A DNA stretch of 64,000 nt from IMG/VR virus record IMGVR_UViG_3300002855_000209, positions 851 to 64,850 of that record. One strand, 5' to 3'. The position numbers and the translations under genes are program-made. The stretch is from a virus. The notes under the pieces are model-generated. The model saw only the letters and a program-made list of their open reading frames with translations, searched no databases and had not been told where the DNA came from. Below, one piece after another: positions 18,512 to 29,068 of the stretch; position 1 is the stretch's first letter, and every line of letters begins with the position of its first letter.

Positions 18512-21500
18512 TTAAACTGTCTGTAAGATTTTTCCTCCATTTATCATTTTAGTTGTTAGAGGTGCTACACCGACAATTGCGGTACCACCCGCACCCGGTT
18601 GACCTTCAGTTGTTCCATGGTAATTCCAGTTCCATGTTCCATCATTTATGGATTTGGTACCACGTTGGCCCCAGCCACCACCATCACCTGATAATGGCGA
18701 TCCATAGCGGTCATTTTGAGTTCGGTAACCTTTACCAGGTACTGAAGCTTCAGCATCAGTACCCTTAACCACCATAAAATAGCCAGTAAAGTACCAACGC
18801 CAGTCCTGAGTATCATTGTAAATTGGCTGACCCGTCATAACCCGTCCAAAAGGTGCACCTGCTCCACCAGGTACTCCTTGAACTCCATATGTTAGTTCAG
18901 TGTAGATACCACTCGGTGTAGCCCCGCCTCCAGAACCACCTCTAGCTAAAGTGCCTCCGTCAATAATTAGATTCAATTTGCTGTGTCGGTTCATTAAACC
19001 GGGTGCGCCTTGGAACCCATCACGGCGAGTTTTGGTGAAGTTGTAATCTGGATCACTAGACCACGCACCGAATGCAAGATGAGGCAAACCTCCATCACCT
19101 CCACGCCCAACCACAGAACCTTTAATCGTAAGATTTACAGTAAGACCAGGAGGAAACTCTCCTGTATCAATTGCTGGCAGTTCTGGTGCTGCAGGTACAA
19201 TAAACTCTTGTTTTGCTGGACTAGAGTTATAGTCAAACTTATATACCATTCTTGTTTCTGGTCGAAGTGAACTGGAACTCGAAACCAAAGCACCGGCTTC
19301 AACAATAAAGCTAATTTCACCGGTTATTGGTAGGTCGCCTCGTTGCATCTGATATAAGCGAGCTAGATTTAGGTCTAGCTGGTCATATCGAATGTAAATT
19401 GGTGAATCATCAACAGGCACATCAATAAAGTCTTTATCGTTGAGGTAATACCGAATATCGTAATTTACTGCCGTAATGGTATTAGAAAACTTATCAACCG
19501 GATCTTTTTTAGCAACCAAGTAAGGTAATGAGTCCTTTGTATCGTCATTAACAACTGTATAGATCGTATTAACAAAATCATCTGGACTTAGTTTTAAAGC
19601 TCCGTTGGGCAACCGTCCTAAAACTACTTTGTTCTTAGCAGATCCGGCAGTAACAGGAAGTAGATCAACGGTACCATCTCCCATTTGCAAATAAATCACG
19701 TAGCTCTTGCCAGCTATAAAATCTACGTCGTGGCTTAGAGTGAGAATTAAGCCCTCTTGTTTCACCACATCACCGCTTTGATGGATGCCATTTCGATAAT
19801 CCGCTACAGCAATACGGTCCCGTAATACCAATAATTCTGATTCAGGAGCCGCATCAAAAGTAATCGATTTACGCTGGAAGCGGAGCTTGTTCCAAAGCCG
19901 GTACGCATTAAAACGGGCTTGCCATTTGTTACGCACACCAACAGATTTTACTTCTTTGGGGTTTTTGACTCCTTTATCCGGTAAATATATATTGATACGG
20001 CTATCATCGGCCGGATCCGTATATTCATAGATCAACCCATCATAGTCATCCATCATTCCAAGCGTAAGATCATGCTTATAACTATCCGGAATGATATTCC
20101 TGAAGTTAAACAGCAACACCGAATTATCGGTCGGACGTTCAAAGTAGATCTTTAGCTTGTTGTTCTGACGATATGCTGTACAAAACACAGCATCACAAAG
20201 ATTAGTGACCAATTCTTCAAATGAAAGATTGGTGTCATCAATCGTCGTACAGAACTCGGCTGCTAGAGGTGTACCAAAGTAATCGACAATATCGTTATAA
20301 GTACGATAGATGTTTTCAACATCAATCTCGTCGACCGTACGGCGGCCAATCTTGTCATCCAGTGCCATCGATACCAGTGCATCTGCAAAGCTTGAAGTTG
20401 GAAACAACTCTGCTGTCATCGCTCCATTTTTATAGGTTGGCAACATCCGCTGAAGATCGAAATTGATCTTGCGCGACTTAACAGATAAAGCTCCAGTCGT
20501 TGCATATGTACGTGCACGGAAAACTGTTTCATGTTCATACATTGTGCTTTGCAATGGATAAGCACCGTATAGCGCTTGCCATTTCACTTCATCAACTACG
20601 GTTGTCACTGCTGGAGTTGGTGTTAATCGGCGAGCACGTACACTACAGCGCCCCTGAAATGTGACCATATCGAGCGTTGCACCAACAGTTTGCCGCGACT
20701 TAGCCGAACCCTTGAGAATGATCTGCTTCAGCATTGGATTACCAATAGCTGCGCCAGACTCATTCACTGGAGTTACTTCAACTTCAATCGTGACATTAAC
20801 AGCTGCCTGATTGCCTCCTGAAGAGACTGTATAAAGTCCATTATTCGCGACAAAGTTAAAGATGACGCGACTACGTTCAAGGTTGTCCAGTATAAACGGG
20901 CCGATCCACTTCTCGCCAATAGATGAAAGCTTTGGAGATATAGCACCTGTTTGCTGGTTTGTGAGTTCTTTTAGCTTTAACCAGTTCGGATTTACTGCTG
21001 CCGGGTTAGACAAAGCCATACGGTCATCAGCAACGGATAAGACGCTGTACGTACCGTTTAAATCGTAGGTTTGACCGTTATAAGTAAAAGAAGCATTAGT
21101 GATTTCAACTCGGTCATTGCTGACAAACTTAGTCGTTAAATCGGTATTGTTAGCAGCTGCTCGCAGGATCTCGTTTGGGTATGCAAATTGAAGATAATTG
21201 ATGCCTTCCAGACTTTGAGTATCAGCTGGTCGCAATATCTGGCCATTCACTGAGTTTTGATGCTGAACAGTTAAAGGCGGTATAGTAATTTCACTACCAA
21301 GCGAAAAATATGGTTGTCCAGAAACAATATCTACACCTGGTCGAAAGACCTCGACCGATGCACCTGCAATATCAACAATATTGGTTTCACCATCGTAAGC
21401 ATCTTTAATGTGATAGTAGCCGCGACCAATACACCCCACAAGATGCTCAACCTCGACGTTGTTTTCATAGACCTTGTAAGGAACTGCAATTAAATCAGGC

Positions 21501-21949
21501 GTATCCCAAGCAGCCCCATAAATATCAGCGATACGGCCATTCACCCGCATTTTATTTTCGCGATTTGAAAGCTCGTTATTTGCAGATGAGGATTGGTTGT
21601 TATTCTGAGTGGTTTGGGCAATTGACGGCGCGGGCATTAAAAATGCAATCGCCACACTTAAAACAATAGAAACGATAGCAGCAATAAGCGCAGGCATACC
21701 TTTCGGATTTTCAATCACAATGAAAGTGCCAGGTAAGAAATCAAGCTGCTTTAAGTCGTGAGCATTCTTAGGTGTAACTTCATTGGCAAAAGAGATCTCC
21801 GCATGATCCATGTTGCTTGAAGTATGAAAAATACGGACATGCTCAGGCAAATATTCATATTTTGAAGTAAGCCATTGCCCGATAGTTTCGGCATGCTCAA
21901 TTGTCTTCTCTTCAGACAAAGGATCCTGTTTATAAATAATCTTAATCAT
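18512..21949 (-). CDS. Tail tip/host specificity protein (lambda J-like)
   Basis: 1145 aa after the NlpC-like gene; RIADIYG..PDL motif; Gly-rich C-terminal domain. Confidence 0.8.
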   Translation of the reverse strand: MIKIIYKQDPLSEEKTIEHAETIGQWLTSKYEYLPEHVRIFHTSSNMDHAEISFANEVTPKNAHDLKQLDFLPGTFIVIENPKGMPALIAAIVSIVLSVAIAFLMPAPSIAQTTQNNNQSSSANNELSNRENKMRVNGRIADIYGAAWDTPDLIAVPYKVYENNVEVEHLVGCIGRGYYHIKDAYDGETNIVDIAGASVEVFRPGVDIVSGQPYFSLGSEITIPPLTVQHQNSVNGQILRPADTQSLEGINYLQFAYPNEILRAAANNTDLTTKFVSNDRVEITNASFTYNGQTYDLNGTYSVLSVADDRMALSNPAAVNPNWLKLKELTNQQTGAISPKLSSIGEKWIGPFILDNLERSRVIFNFVANNGLYTVSSGGNQAAVNVTIEVEVTPVNESGAAIGNPMLKQIILKGSAKSRQTVGATLDMVTFQGRCSVRARRLTPTPAVTTVVDEVKWQALYGAYPLQSTMYEHETVFRARTYATTGALSVKSRKINFDLQRMLPTYKNGAMTAELFPTSSFADALVSMALDDKIGRRTVDEIDVENIYRTYNDIVDYFGTPLAAEFCTTIDDTNLSFEELVTNLCDAVFCTAYRQNNKLKIYFERPTDNSVLLFNFRNIIPDSYKHDLTLGMMDDYDGLIYEYTDPADDSRINIYLPDKGVKNPKEVKSVGVRNKWQARFNAYRLWNKLRFQRKSITFDAAPESELLVLRDRIAVADYRNGIHQSGDVVKQEGLILTLSHDVDFIAGKSYVIYLQMGDGTVDLLPVTAGSAKNKVVLGRLPNGALKLSPDDFVNTIYTVVNDDTKDSLPYLVAKKDPVDKFSNTITAVNYDIRYYLNDKDFIDVPVDDSPIYIRYDQLDLNLARLYQMQRGDLPITGEISFIVEAGALVSSSSSLRPETRMVYKFDYNSSPAKQEFIVPAAPELPAIDTGEFPPGLTVNLTIKGSVVGRGGDGGLPHLAFGAWSSDPDYNFTKTRRDGFQGAPGLMNRHSKLNLIIDGGTLARGGSGGGATPSGIYTELTYGVQGVPGGAGAPFGRVMTGQPIYNDTQDWRWYFTGYFMVVKGTDAEASVPGKGYRTQNDRYGSPLSGDGGGWGQRGTKSINDGTWNWNYHGTTEGQPGAGGTAIVGVAPLTTKMINGGKILQTV

Positions 21950-22304
21950 AGTAACTGACCCGACTAAACCCCATTGCTTTAATGACGTCTTCAGCTAAAT
22001 AAGTGACTCCACTCTCCATCAGGTGTAAAACCTTCTGCCCACGAAAAAGCCCCACATGCGGGGGCTTATTTCGTTGTCTTGGATGGAAGGCGACTATGCA
22101 GCCTTCCTTGGGCATGGGCAGCGGATTTAAGAGTTTTAATCGTGAGACTTTAAATTCGATATGGCCTTTAGGTTGCATGAACAAATCCAAAGCTTCACTC
22201 CGGTCTACTCCATATAGGTCTAAAGCAGCTTCATGTGCAAAGTGAACACAGTTGTAGTGCTCTTCGTCGTATTGCTTATCAAGTAAATGATCATGACTTT
22301 TCAT
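21942..22304 (-). CDS. Tail tip assembly protein (NlpC/P60, lambda K-like)
   Basis: YNCVHF, HVGLF, VLHL motifs; position. Confidence 0.7.
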   Translation of the reverse strand: MKSHDHLLDKQYDEEHYNCVHFAHEAALDLYGVDRSEALDLFMQPKGHIEFKVSRLKLLNPLPMPKEGCIVAFHPRQRNKPPHVGLFRGQKVLHLMESGVTYLAEDVIKAMGFSRVSYYD

Positions 22305-22807
22305 ACAGCCCCCTTCAGCCCACTAAATCGATCTAATGAAAAGATGTCACCAGTTTTGGAGGTATTTAAACGAGGTGATTCAGCTTTAAATGTCACAGCT
22401 TTATGGTTCATTGAAACACCTGCAAGTTGGAGGCCTAGCAAATAATGGATTGGTGTATTCAAGTTATCTGAACTATAAAGACGGTAATTGACAGTAGGTT
22501 TCACATCCGCAAATTGGCCTTCTAAAACTCGCTCAAACTCATCCGGCAATATATCTCCAAGACCAGAAACTGAGACAGTTAAAGTCTGGTCCAGATCACC
22601 TAACATTCCGGATCTTTGAATCGTTAATGGCAAATATTCATAGTAGAACTGACCTGACCCTTCTTTGTGCTGTACATAGACACCTCGATCATCATTACGA
22701 ACAACACGATAAGTATTTAAAAAAGATGGGTGTGATAACTCAATACACTCCAGTTGATAGATATCGACTTTACGATTGAGAAAGAACTTGGCGTATTCGT
22801 TATCCAT
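22301..22807 (-). CDS. Minor tail protein (DUF1833-like)
   Basis: LECIELSHPSF motif; position after distal tail protein. Confidence 0.7.
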   Translation of the reverse strand: MDNEYAKFFLNRKVDIYQLECIELSHPSFLNTYRVVRNDDRGVYVQHKEGSGQFYYEYLPLTIQRSGMLGDLDQTLTVSVSGLGDILPDEFERVLEGQFADVKPTVNYRLYSSDNLNTPIHYLLGLQLAGVSMNHKAVTFKAESPRLNTSKTGDIFSLDRFSGLKGAV

Positions 22808-23205
22808 TAGACCTCCCAATCTTTAATCAATGCGACATCAGCTATAAGGTTTGGCTGGTTCTGAACAACTTCTATTTGAGCAGTTACCCGGTAAAGGTTG
22901 CCATTCACCTCATTGGTCTTGAAAGAATTAGGAATAAAGTTGCATTGATATTGCTGGCGTGCTCCCTGATCAATAACAAGATCCGCATAAAATGATGCTG
23001 GCTTGTTTTGGTAGACCCGCCAGAAAGCCATCATCTTATTGAAATCGGTTTTACTTAAATTCCAGTTCACATCGACAATATGGCTATTACGTTTTACATC
23101 GATGTAATAGCGTCCTCGCCCTCCATCCATTTGCTGACGCTTTACATCATCACCTGGTGTTACGCCATAGCCATTTGTTTGAGGATTTAACTTTAACTTG
23201 TACAT
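22807..23205 (-). CDS. Distal tail protein (lambda M-like)
   Basis: Position after tape measure; MDGGRGRY motif. Confidence 0.65.
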   Translation of the reverse strand: MYKLKLNPQTNGYGVTPGDDVKRQQMDGGRGRYYIDVKRNSHIVDVNWNLSKTDFNKMMAFWRVYQNKPASFYADLVIDQGARQQYQCNFIPNSFKTNEVNGNLYRVTAQIEVVQNQPNLIADVALIKDWEV

Positions 23206-23266
23206 AACTTTCCTTCAGGCAATAAAAAACCGCCCGAGGGCGGTACCAAAAGATAAAAACTATTTA

Positions 23267-23428
23267 TCAATCATCATCTTTATCTTTCCAAATTGCTTTA
23301 ATTAATTCAGGAGATTTCCACGCAAGAATGCATAGAAGCACTGAGATTAGTAAAAATATTAACATTCCAATAGGTAAACTTGATGTCATTTTGATCAATC
23401 CTGAAATTGCTATGATATAATCGGTCAC
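23267..23428 (-). CDS. 53-aa single-TM peptide behind conserved leader (unit B)
   Basis: GTG start at 23428 after AAGGAG; VTDYIIAISGLIKMTSSLPIGMLIFLLISVLLCILAWKSPELIKAIWKDKDDD. Confidence 0.6.
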   Translation of the reverse strand: MTDYIIAISGLIKMTSSLPIGMLIFLLISVLLCILAWKSPELIKAIWKDKDDD

Positions 23429-23434
23429 AAGTAG

Positions 23435-23499
23435 TTTCTCCTTAACTTTCGCTGGTTGAGTTGAATTAAAAAGCTCATGATTGCAGTCATGGGCTTTTT
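23435..23499 (-). repeat. 65-bp leader repeat (hairpin + RBS), copy B
   Basis: 62/65 identical to 41268-41332 by manual alignment. Confidence 0.85.
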
Positions 23500-23672
23500 C
23501 TTTAGGTACTAAAAAAGCCGACTTGTTAGATCGGCTTCGCATTGTTAAATCCTAAAACTTATAAATAGGATTTAAAACTTATTGATTTTGTATATAACTC
23601 ACATACAAATGTCAGATAAAAAAACATCCGAAGATGATTGCTCTTTTTCCTCTTATACGTGTACTTCTAAAA

Positions 23673-26600
23673 CTATCGATTCCGTCTTGTGGTCGTATTC
23701 TCAGTCAAAGAGCGGCTAATTAGAGAGTTTGGATTTTTAATATCCTCGCTTACTAATCTTGGTACCGCTTTTGGAAGTTGCTTATCAAGTTCTTCTTTTA
23801 CGATGATCCGGACTGTTTTCTCATCCAGTTGCTCAGCTTCAACTGTTGCTCCACTTACCTGATTCACAACTTCAATCTTGAAGTTGATAGTTGGAGCAGC
23901 TGACTCAATTGAAGGCATAATCTCAGCCTGTGGACGTGAAGATTGCCCTAAAGTAAAGTCCTGCACATCATCCAGATTTGAACGATCCTGAACTAAACCA
24001 TTTGAGGAGAAATAGACTTTTCCATCGTGGTATAGATCTGAGTTTGCTGAAGCAGTTGGATTAGTAGAACTTGTATTACCTCTATAGATAATCTGATCAT
24101 CTTGATAAGACTGATTAAAGATATTCGAGATATCTCTATTTTGATTAAATGCTCGTGAACTCTGATTAGCCCGGTTCATGATGTTTTCAAAAGTAGAATT
24201 GCTTTGAGAATAGTTAGTAATGTTCTGAACATCTCCTGATTTTGACACTGTGCTATTTCTTGGCTTGAGGGCTTTAACAATAATCTGATTCTCTCGAGTA
24301 GGTTGATTAAAAATATTCGAGATATTTTGACTATCATTAAAAGCTTTTGAGCTTAAGAAAGAACGATTAAAAACATTCTCTGTTGAAGTGTTGTTTTGAG
24401 CATGGTTATTGATAAATGCTTCAGGGCTTGCGCTCTTACGCATATTCTCAACTAAACCGACACCACCCCAACGGCGGATGTCATCCTGTGACCAGACCAC
24501 CTCGCCTTTATGGACAATACCCGCAGCTTCATACTTGCCACCAGATCCAGTGTAACCACCATCCGCAAAGCCCTGATCCTTGATTGCCCGGATGTTTGCA
24601 ATAATGCTGACACCTTGTGCAACTGCCCCAGCAATTAAAGGCAAGTTGTAAGGAAAACCAACTTTTGCAGCTGCTGCAATGTTTTGCTGAATGGCAAGAC
24701 CAGCCGCAGCGATCGCATAAGCCTTATCCGCAGCAAACATGAGCTTGTAAGCTTTGGATTGTTCACCAAACATAGAACCGAACATTGAGGTGACTGAACC
24801 CATCATTTGCCCACCAAGAGCTATTTGGGTGTTCAGTCGATCCTGTTGATATTTGTCTTCAATATCTTTAGCGTTTTGAGCATATTCAGTACCAATCTGA
24901 GTGCGTTGATCTTGAGCAGCTTGAATGATTGCAGTCTTCTGGTTTTCGAAATCTTGCTGACTAATAAGCTGCTGCTCAAACTGAGCATTGAGTGTTTCCA
25001 ATGAGTTTTGTTCATTTAAGTTCACCACTCCTTTTTGACTATCAAAAAAATTGGTCGCGGAGCTCATACGACTAGATCGCTCCTGATCCTGTCTATAAAA
25101 CTCACTAGTGCCATTCATATCAGCTTGTACGCCACCCCATGTTTGTCCAGCTTTTGTCGCCCGATCAAGTGTTTCAAGCTGCTCTTGTGATTTCGATAAA
25201 GCAATTCGCTTTCTTCTTTCTTCCTCATCCTTTACTGTTTTTTGGATTTCAAGGCGCTCTAATCTGTAACGTTCTTGCATTGCTTCTGTTTCAGATAGCA
25301 GAAAAATACGAGCCTGAAATAAACGCTGCTCTTGAGCCAATTTCATAAGCGCGTTTTCTTGCTGATATTGCTGTTCCAGTAATTCCACTGCCTGTTTCTG
25401 TTCAGACTTACTTAATTCAATGTCATGAGCTGCATTGAACTTTTTACGGTTAAAGCTCTCTTCAAGTAACTGTTCCTCGGTTTTCTGGAACTCCTTATAA
25501 TCTTCAAGTTTCGTTCTCAAAGCTTGTTTAGCGATCGCGATATCATTATCAGCACGGCGATTTATTTCCGCCTTGATTTCTGCTGTTCGCTCAGGACTAA
25601 AATTAGCTTTATCAACATCCTCCAGTCTTGCCTTTCTATTATTGTCAATCCGTCCAACTTCACTCGCTACCTCATTTTCTAGTGACCGCTGAAGGTCCTG
25701 CTGACGATCAAGTTGTGATTGAATATCACCTGAAGCCTTATCACTTCCTTTACTTGCCCCACCTTTAACCTTGCTTTGCATACTTGGTGATTGGTGAAGA
25801 AGTTTTAGGGATACACCATCTTCAAATATCACCTCACTAACATAGCCGCCACCTTTGCTGTCATATCTTGTCTTGATATCTTTCACAGCAACATTGGTTG
25901 TGATCGGCGTACCTTCAGGCATTGAGAAATCAATACCCTTATGAAATGAAGAAGCCCCTTTGGTAGGGGCTTTTCGTGGACCGTAATTTGAACTGATCTT
26001 GTAGGATGACAATGGTTTGCCACCCGCCTGCAATCTGGCCAGATGCTCATTAGAGACTTTCTGGCCAGACATTGAACCGCCATAACGGACATCAAGATGA
26101 GGGCCTGTACCAATACCTGATTGGCCTGACACACCAACTAGACGTTTCGATAGTTTTTGCTGTTTAGATAGTTCATTCGTAGTTTCCTTTAATGCTTTAT
26201 TCTTGGCATCAATTACCTTCTTGTTTTGTTCCTCTATTGAAAGAGTCTGCAAACCAATCTGATATAACTCATTAGAAACTTCTACTCCGCTTTTCCGCGC
26301 CCAGCTTGCCGTTTCTACCATTTGCTTCACTTGCTCAGGTGAGTAACCCTTTGCAAGTAAACCTTTGGTAACTAATGCTTCAAATTTACGATCTGCCAAT
26401 GAATCGGCATATTGCTTTTGCGCATTTTTAGCTGCTAATGCTGCTCTCTCATTTTCATTTAAGGACTTGGTATTTTTATCAACTCCGACAACAGCATTCT
26501 CCGCCTTATTGCCTGCAATTATTACCTCAAAACCAAATAAGCTATACGTTTGCTTAGTCTTGGCAGCAGTTTCAGCTGCTTCATCATAGGCATTCACTTG

Positions 26601-28361
26601 TTTAAGCAATGCATCCATTAAATCAGCAGGAATTTTTTGACTCTTTAATTGTTCAATCGCCTCTGTATATGAAATGGTGCCAAGTCTGGCCTTATTCGAA
26701 ATTTCAGCAACTTTAGCATTACCCACCGCATAGTTCTGGATATTGATCAATGCCGACCCGACCGACAGTTCTTGCCGCTCTAAGGCCTTGTTTTGATCTT
26801 CAATTGTCGCTGCTAAATCACCTAATTTTTCCTTACGTTGTTCATCATTCAGGGCTTTAATTTCTTCCTTAGTCAGCTTTGCAGCTTCGGCTTGCTCTTT
26901 TAGCTTTGCTGTAGCCTCAGCAGATTTACTAGAGAAATACATATAAGTCGCAGCCAAAGCAGTCACGCCTAAAGTGATTGCCCCAATTGGGCCACCAATC
27001 AATCCCCATGCTCCGCTCAATAAACCTGCCATTGAAGCGCTTTTACCTTGAGCTAACGTAACGGCCTTCGTTGCGTTCTCAACATTTTTGGCTGCAAGTA
27101 CATATCTGGCACTAGCTGCACTTGCTCCAAATTTGGCTTGAGTTTCGGCATTTGTTGCTCGTACATTAACTAAATGCGCTTCAGCTTCAGCCAGTGCTGC
27201 TTTTGCGCTTTCGATCGCCTTTTGCTTTTGTAATTGTGATGCAGCATTGTCAGCAACTAAAGCCCCTAATTTGGTATTTAAAGCTGATACTTGAGTTGCG
27301 ATTGCTTTGGTAAGTAATGCTGTACCACCGAGAATAGCTACATAAGAGATTGATTCTAAGTTTTCAGCTAAAACCTTAATTGAACCAGATAAAACGTTAG
27401 CTGCACCACTTCCTTGACTAGCCTCGCCGACAAATTTAGTAATCTCATTATTAAGAAGAGTTAATGACTGGCTGATCGTAATATCAGTTTTGCCAAATAA
27501 TGCATCTACATCAGACTCTACATTTCTTAAGGCTTTCACAATTTCTTGCGATGTGATTTTTCCTTCAGCAGCAACCGTACGCAACTCTCCTGCGGTAATA
27601 CCCATACCCTGAGCAATAGCCTTTGCTAAAGCTGGAGTTTGCTCCATGACAGAGTTCAGCTCCTCACCACGTAAGGTACCACTCGCTAATGCCTGCCCGA
27701 ACTGAACTAAAGCAGCATCTGCAGCAGAAGCACTCGCGCCACTAATCGCCACAGCTTTTGAAACTGTTTCAGTTAAACGCGCTGTATCATCCATTGTTAG
27801 ATTTAAAGTTTTAGCATTATCACTAAATCGTTGATAAACCTGTAAAACAGAATCCCATGCTGAATAGGTATTTTGAGCAATTCTGAATGTATCTTCAGTC
27901 GCCTTATTTAACTCCGTCTGGTCTTTAGTAACTAGCTTTAAACGGTTTTGTAGTCCTGTATAAGCATCTATTTGACCAATTGCAGCATTGACCGTAGCCA
28001 AGCCAGCCATATATCCAGCCAAAGCTTTAATTGAAGTACCGAAAGTGTTAGCCGTTTTATCCTGTTTATCCAGCTCATTGGTTGTGGCTTTAATTTCTTG
28101 AGCAAATTTATGATTTTGTTGAGTTGCTTGCTTAGTCACTTCAACCGTTTTTTGAACTGATGTATTGGAATTATTAACTGTGGTATTAAAGTTTTGAACA
28201 ATGTTATTGGTAACAGAAAGCTGTTTCCCCATATCTTTCGATGACTTAGATGCGGAATCACCTCGATCAGTAAATTTTGACAATTCTTCTGCCAAGGCTT
28301 TGACATTACGTTCAGCATTCTGTGAATCAATAACAATGACCAGACGAGATTCTTGTGCCAT
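23673..28361 (-). CDS. Tape measure protein with internal M23 peptidase domain
   Basis: Ala-rich helical body; AQFGQALASGTLRGEELNSVME tape-measure motif; GPHLDVRY and HKGIDF M23 motifs; likely ATG at 28361. Confidence 0.9.
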   Translation of the reverse strand: MAQESRLVIVIDSQNAERNVKALAEELSKFTDRGDSASKSSKDMGKQLSVTNNIVQNFNTTVNNSNTSVQKTVEVTKQATQQNHKFAQEIKATTNELDKQDKTANTFGTSIKALAGYMAGLATVNAAIGQIDAYTGLQNRLKLVTKDQTELNKATEDTFRIAQNTYSAWDSVLQVYQRFSDNAKTLNLTMDDTARLTETVSKAVAISGASASAADAALVQFGQALASGTLRGEELNSVMEQTPALAKAIAQGMGITAGELRTVAAEGKITSQEIVKALRNVESDVDALFGKTDITISQSLTLLNNEITKFVGEASQGSGAANVLSGSIKVLAENLESISYVAILGGTALLTKAIATQVSALNTKLGALVADNAASQLQKQKAIESAKAALAEAEAHLVNVRATNAETQAKFGASAASARYVLAAKNVENATKAVTLAQGKSASMAGLLSGAWGLIGGPIGAITLGVTALAATYMYFSSKSAEATAKLKEQAEAAKLTKEEIKALNDEQRKEKLGDLAATIEDQNKALERQELSVGSALINIQNYAVGNAKVAEISNKARLGTISYTEAIEQLKSQKIPADLMDALLKQVNAYDEAAETAAKTKQTYSLFGFEVIIAGNKAENAVVGVDKNTKSLNENERAALAAKNAQKQYADSLADRKFEALVTKGLLAKGYSPEQVKQMVETASWARKSGVEVSNELYQIGLQTLSIEEQNKKVIDAKNKALKETTNELSKQQKLSKRLVGVSGQSGIGTGPHLDVRYGGSMSGQKVSNEHLARLQAGGKPLSSYKISSNYGPRKAPTKGASSFHKGIDFSMPEGTPITTNVAVKDIKTRYDSKGGGYVSEVIFEDGVSLKLLHQSPSMQSKVKGGASKGSDKASGDIQSQLDRQQDLQRSLENEVASEVGRIDNNRKARLEDVDKANFSPERTAEIKAEINRRADNDIAIAKQALRTKLEDYKEFQKTEEQLLEESFNRKKFNAAHDIELSKSEQKQAVELLEQQYQQENALMKLAQEQRLFQARIFLLSETEAMQERYRLERLEIQKTVKDEEERRKRIALSKSQEQLETLDRATKAGQTWGGVQADMNGTSEFYRQDQERSSRMSSATNFFDSQKGVVNLNEQNSLETLNAQFEQQLISQQDFENQKTAIIQAAQDQRTQIGTEYAQNAKDIEDKYQQDRLNTQIALGGQMMGSVTSMFGSMFGEQSKAYKLMFAADKAYAIAAAGLAIQQNIAAAAKVGFPYNLPLIAGAVAQGVSIIANIRAIKDQGFADGGYTGSGGKYEAAGIVHKGEVVWSQDDIRRWGGVGLVENMRKSASPEAFINNHAQNNTSTENVFNRSFLSSKAFNDSQNISNIFNQPTRENQIIVKALKPRNSTVSKSGDVQNITNYSQSNSTFENIMNRANQSSRAFNQNRDISNIFNQSYQDDQIIYRGNTSSTNPTASANSDLYHDGKVYFSSNGLVQDRSNLDDVQDFTLGQSSRPQAEIMPSIESAAPTINFKIEVVNQVSGATVEAEQLDEKTVRIIVKEELDKQLPKAVPRLVSEDIKNPNSLISRSLTENTTTRRNR

Positions 28362-28497
28362 TTTTACTTTTCTCCAGGCAATAAAAAACCCACTCATTGA
28401 GTGGGTCTATTTAAGTTAAATATATTTACTAAGTTGGACAGTTAAACAAATTTGGTCTTGCTGCAAATCGTTGCCCAAGTGCTTTTAAATCCATTCA

Positions 28498-29042
28498 TTA
28501 ATCAATCAATTTCACACATTTAGCAACAACATCCTGTGCATACAATCCCTTATCCTTGAAATTACTGTTATATGCACGATCGATATCTTTTAAGCCTTCT
28601 TCAATTTCTGCTTTTGATGCATTTTTGTCTGTTAGTATTTCAGTCCTTAAACTTTCTTTGGAAACCCCTTTAAGCCTTGCATCCATTATGAGGGACTGAT
28701 TGTATGCATCCTTGACACAATTACTGCGATCTTTTACAGATAACTTATTCGGAGTACAGTGTGCTTCCCAAATTATTGCAAATGTTTCTGGATCAATACC
28801 CTCTGAGTCCTCCAATAAGACTGCACCCTCAATGGTTACATATTTCCTAAAGCCAACATAACCGCCATAGCTATTCTTTGAATTTACTTCTCCACAATAT
28901 CCTTTTATATTTTGGAATTGTGCTGAATCTGGATCTTTTAAGGTGTTTAAGACAGCTTCTTTGGACTCTTTCTCCACCTTTGAGCAACCGTTCCCCCCCC
29001 CACTACACCTAAAACCAAACTCAATAAAATAATCTTTTTCAT
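28498..29042 (-). pseudogene. Lipoprotein moron frameshifted at a G9 tract in the signal peptide
   Basis: ATG 29042 MKKIILLSLVLGVV is out of frame with (N)GCSKVEKE...LKDPDSAQF...CGEVNSKNSYGGYVGF; C9 at 28993-29001 on + strand. Confidence 0.7.
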
Positions 29043-29068
29043 ATTAATTAGCTCACTTAAGAGGCGCT

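Noticed and set aside
16580-21949. Diversity-generating retroelement or invertible fibre cassette
   Set aside because: No reverse transcriptase, invertase, or TR/VR repeat pair differing at adenines found in the window.
23429-23542. 5' extension of the 91-aa track ORF
   Set aside because: It runs through a terminator and the conserved leader; the RBS supports GTG at 23428.
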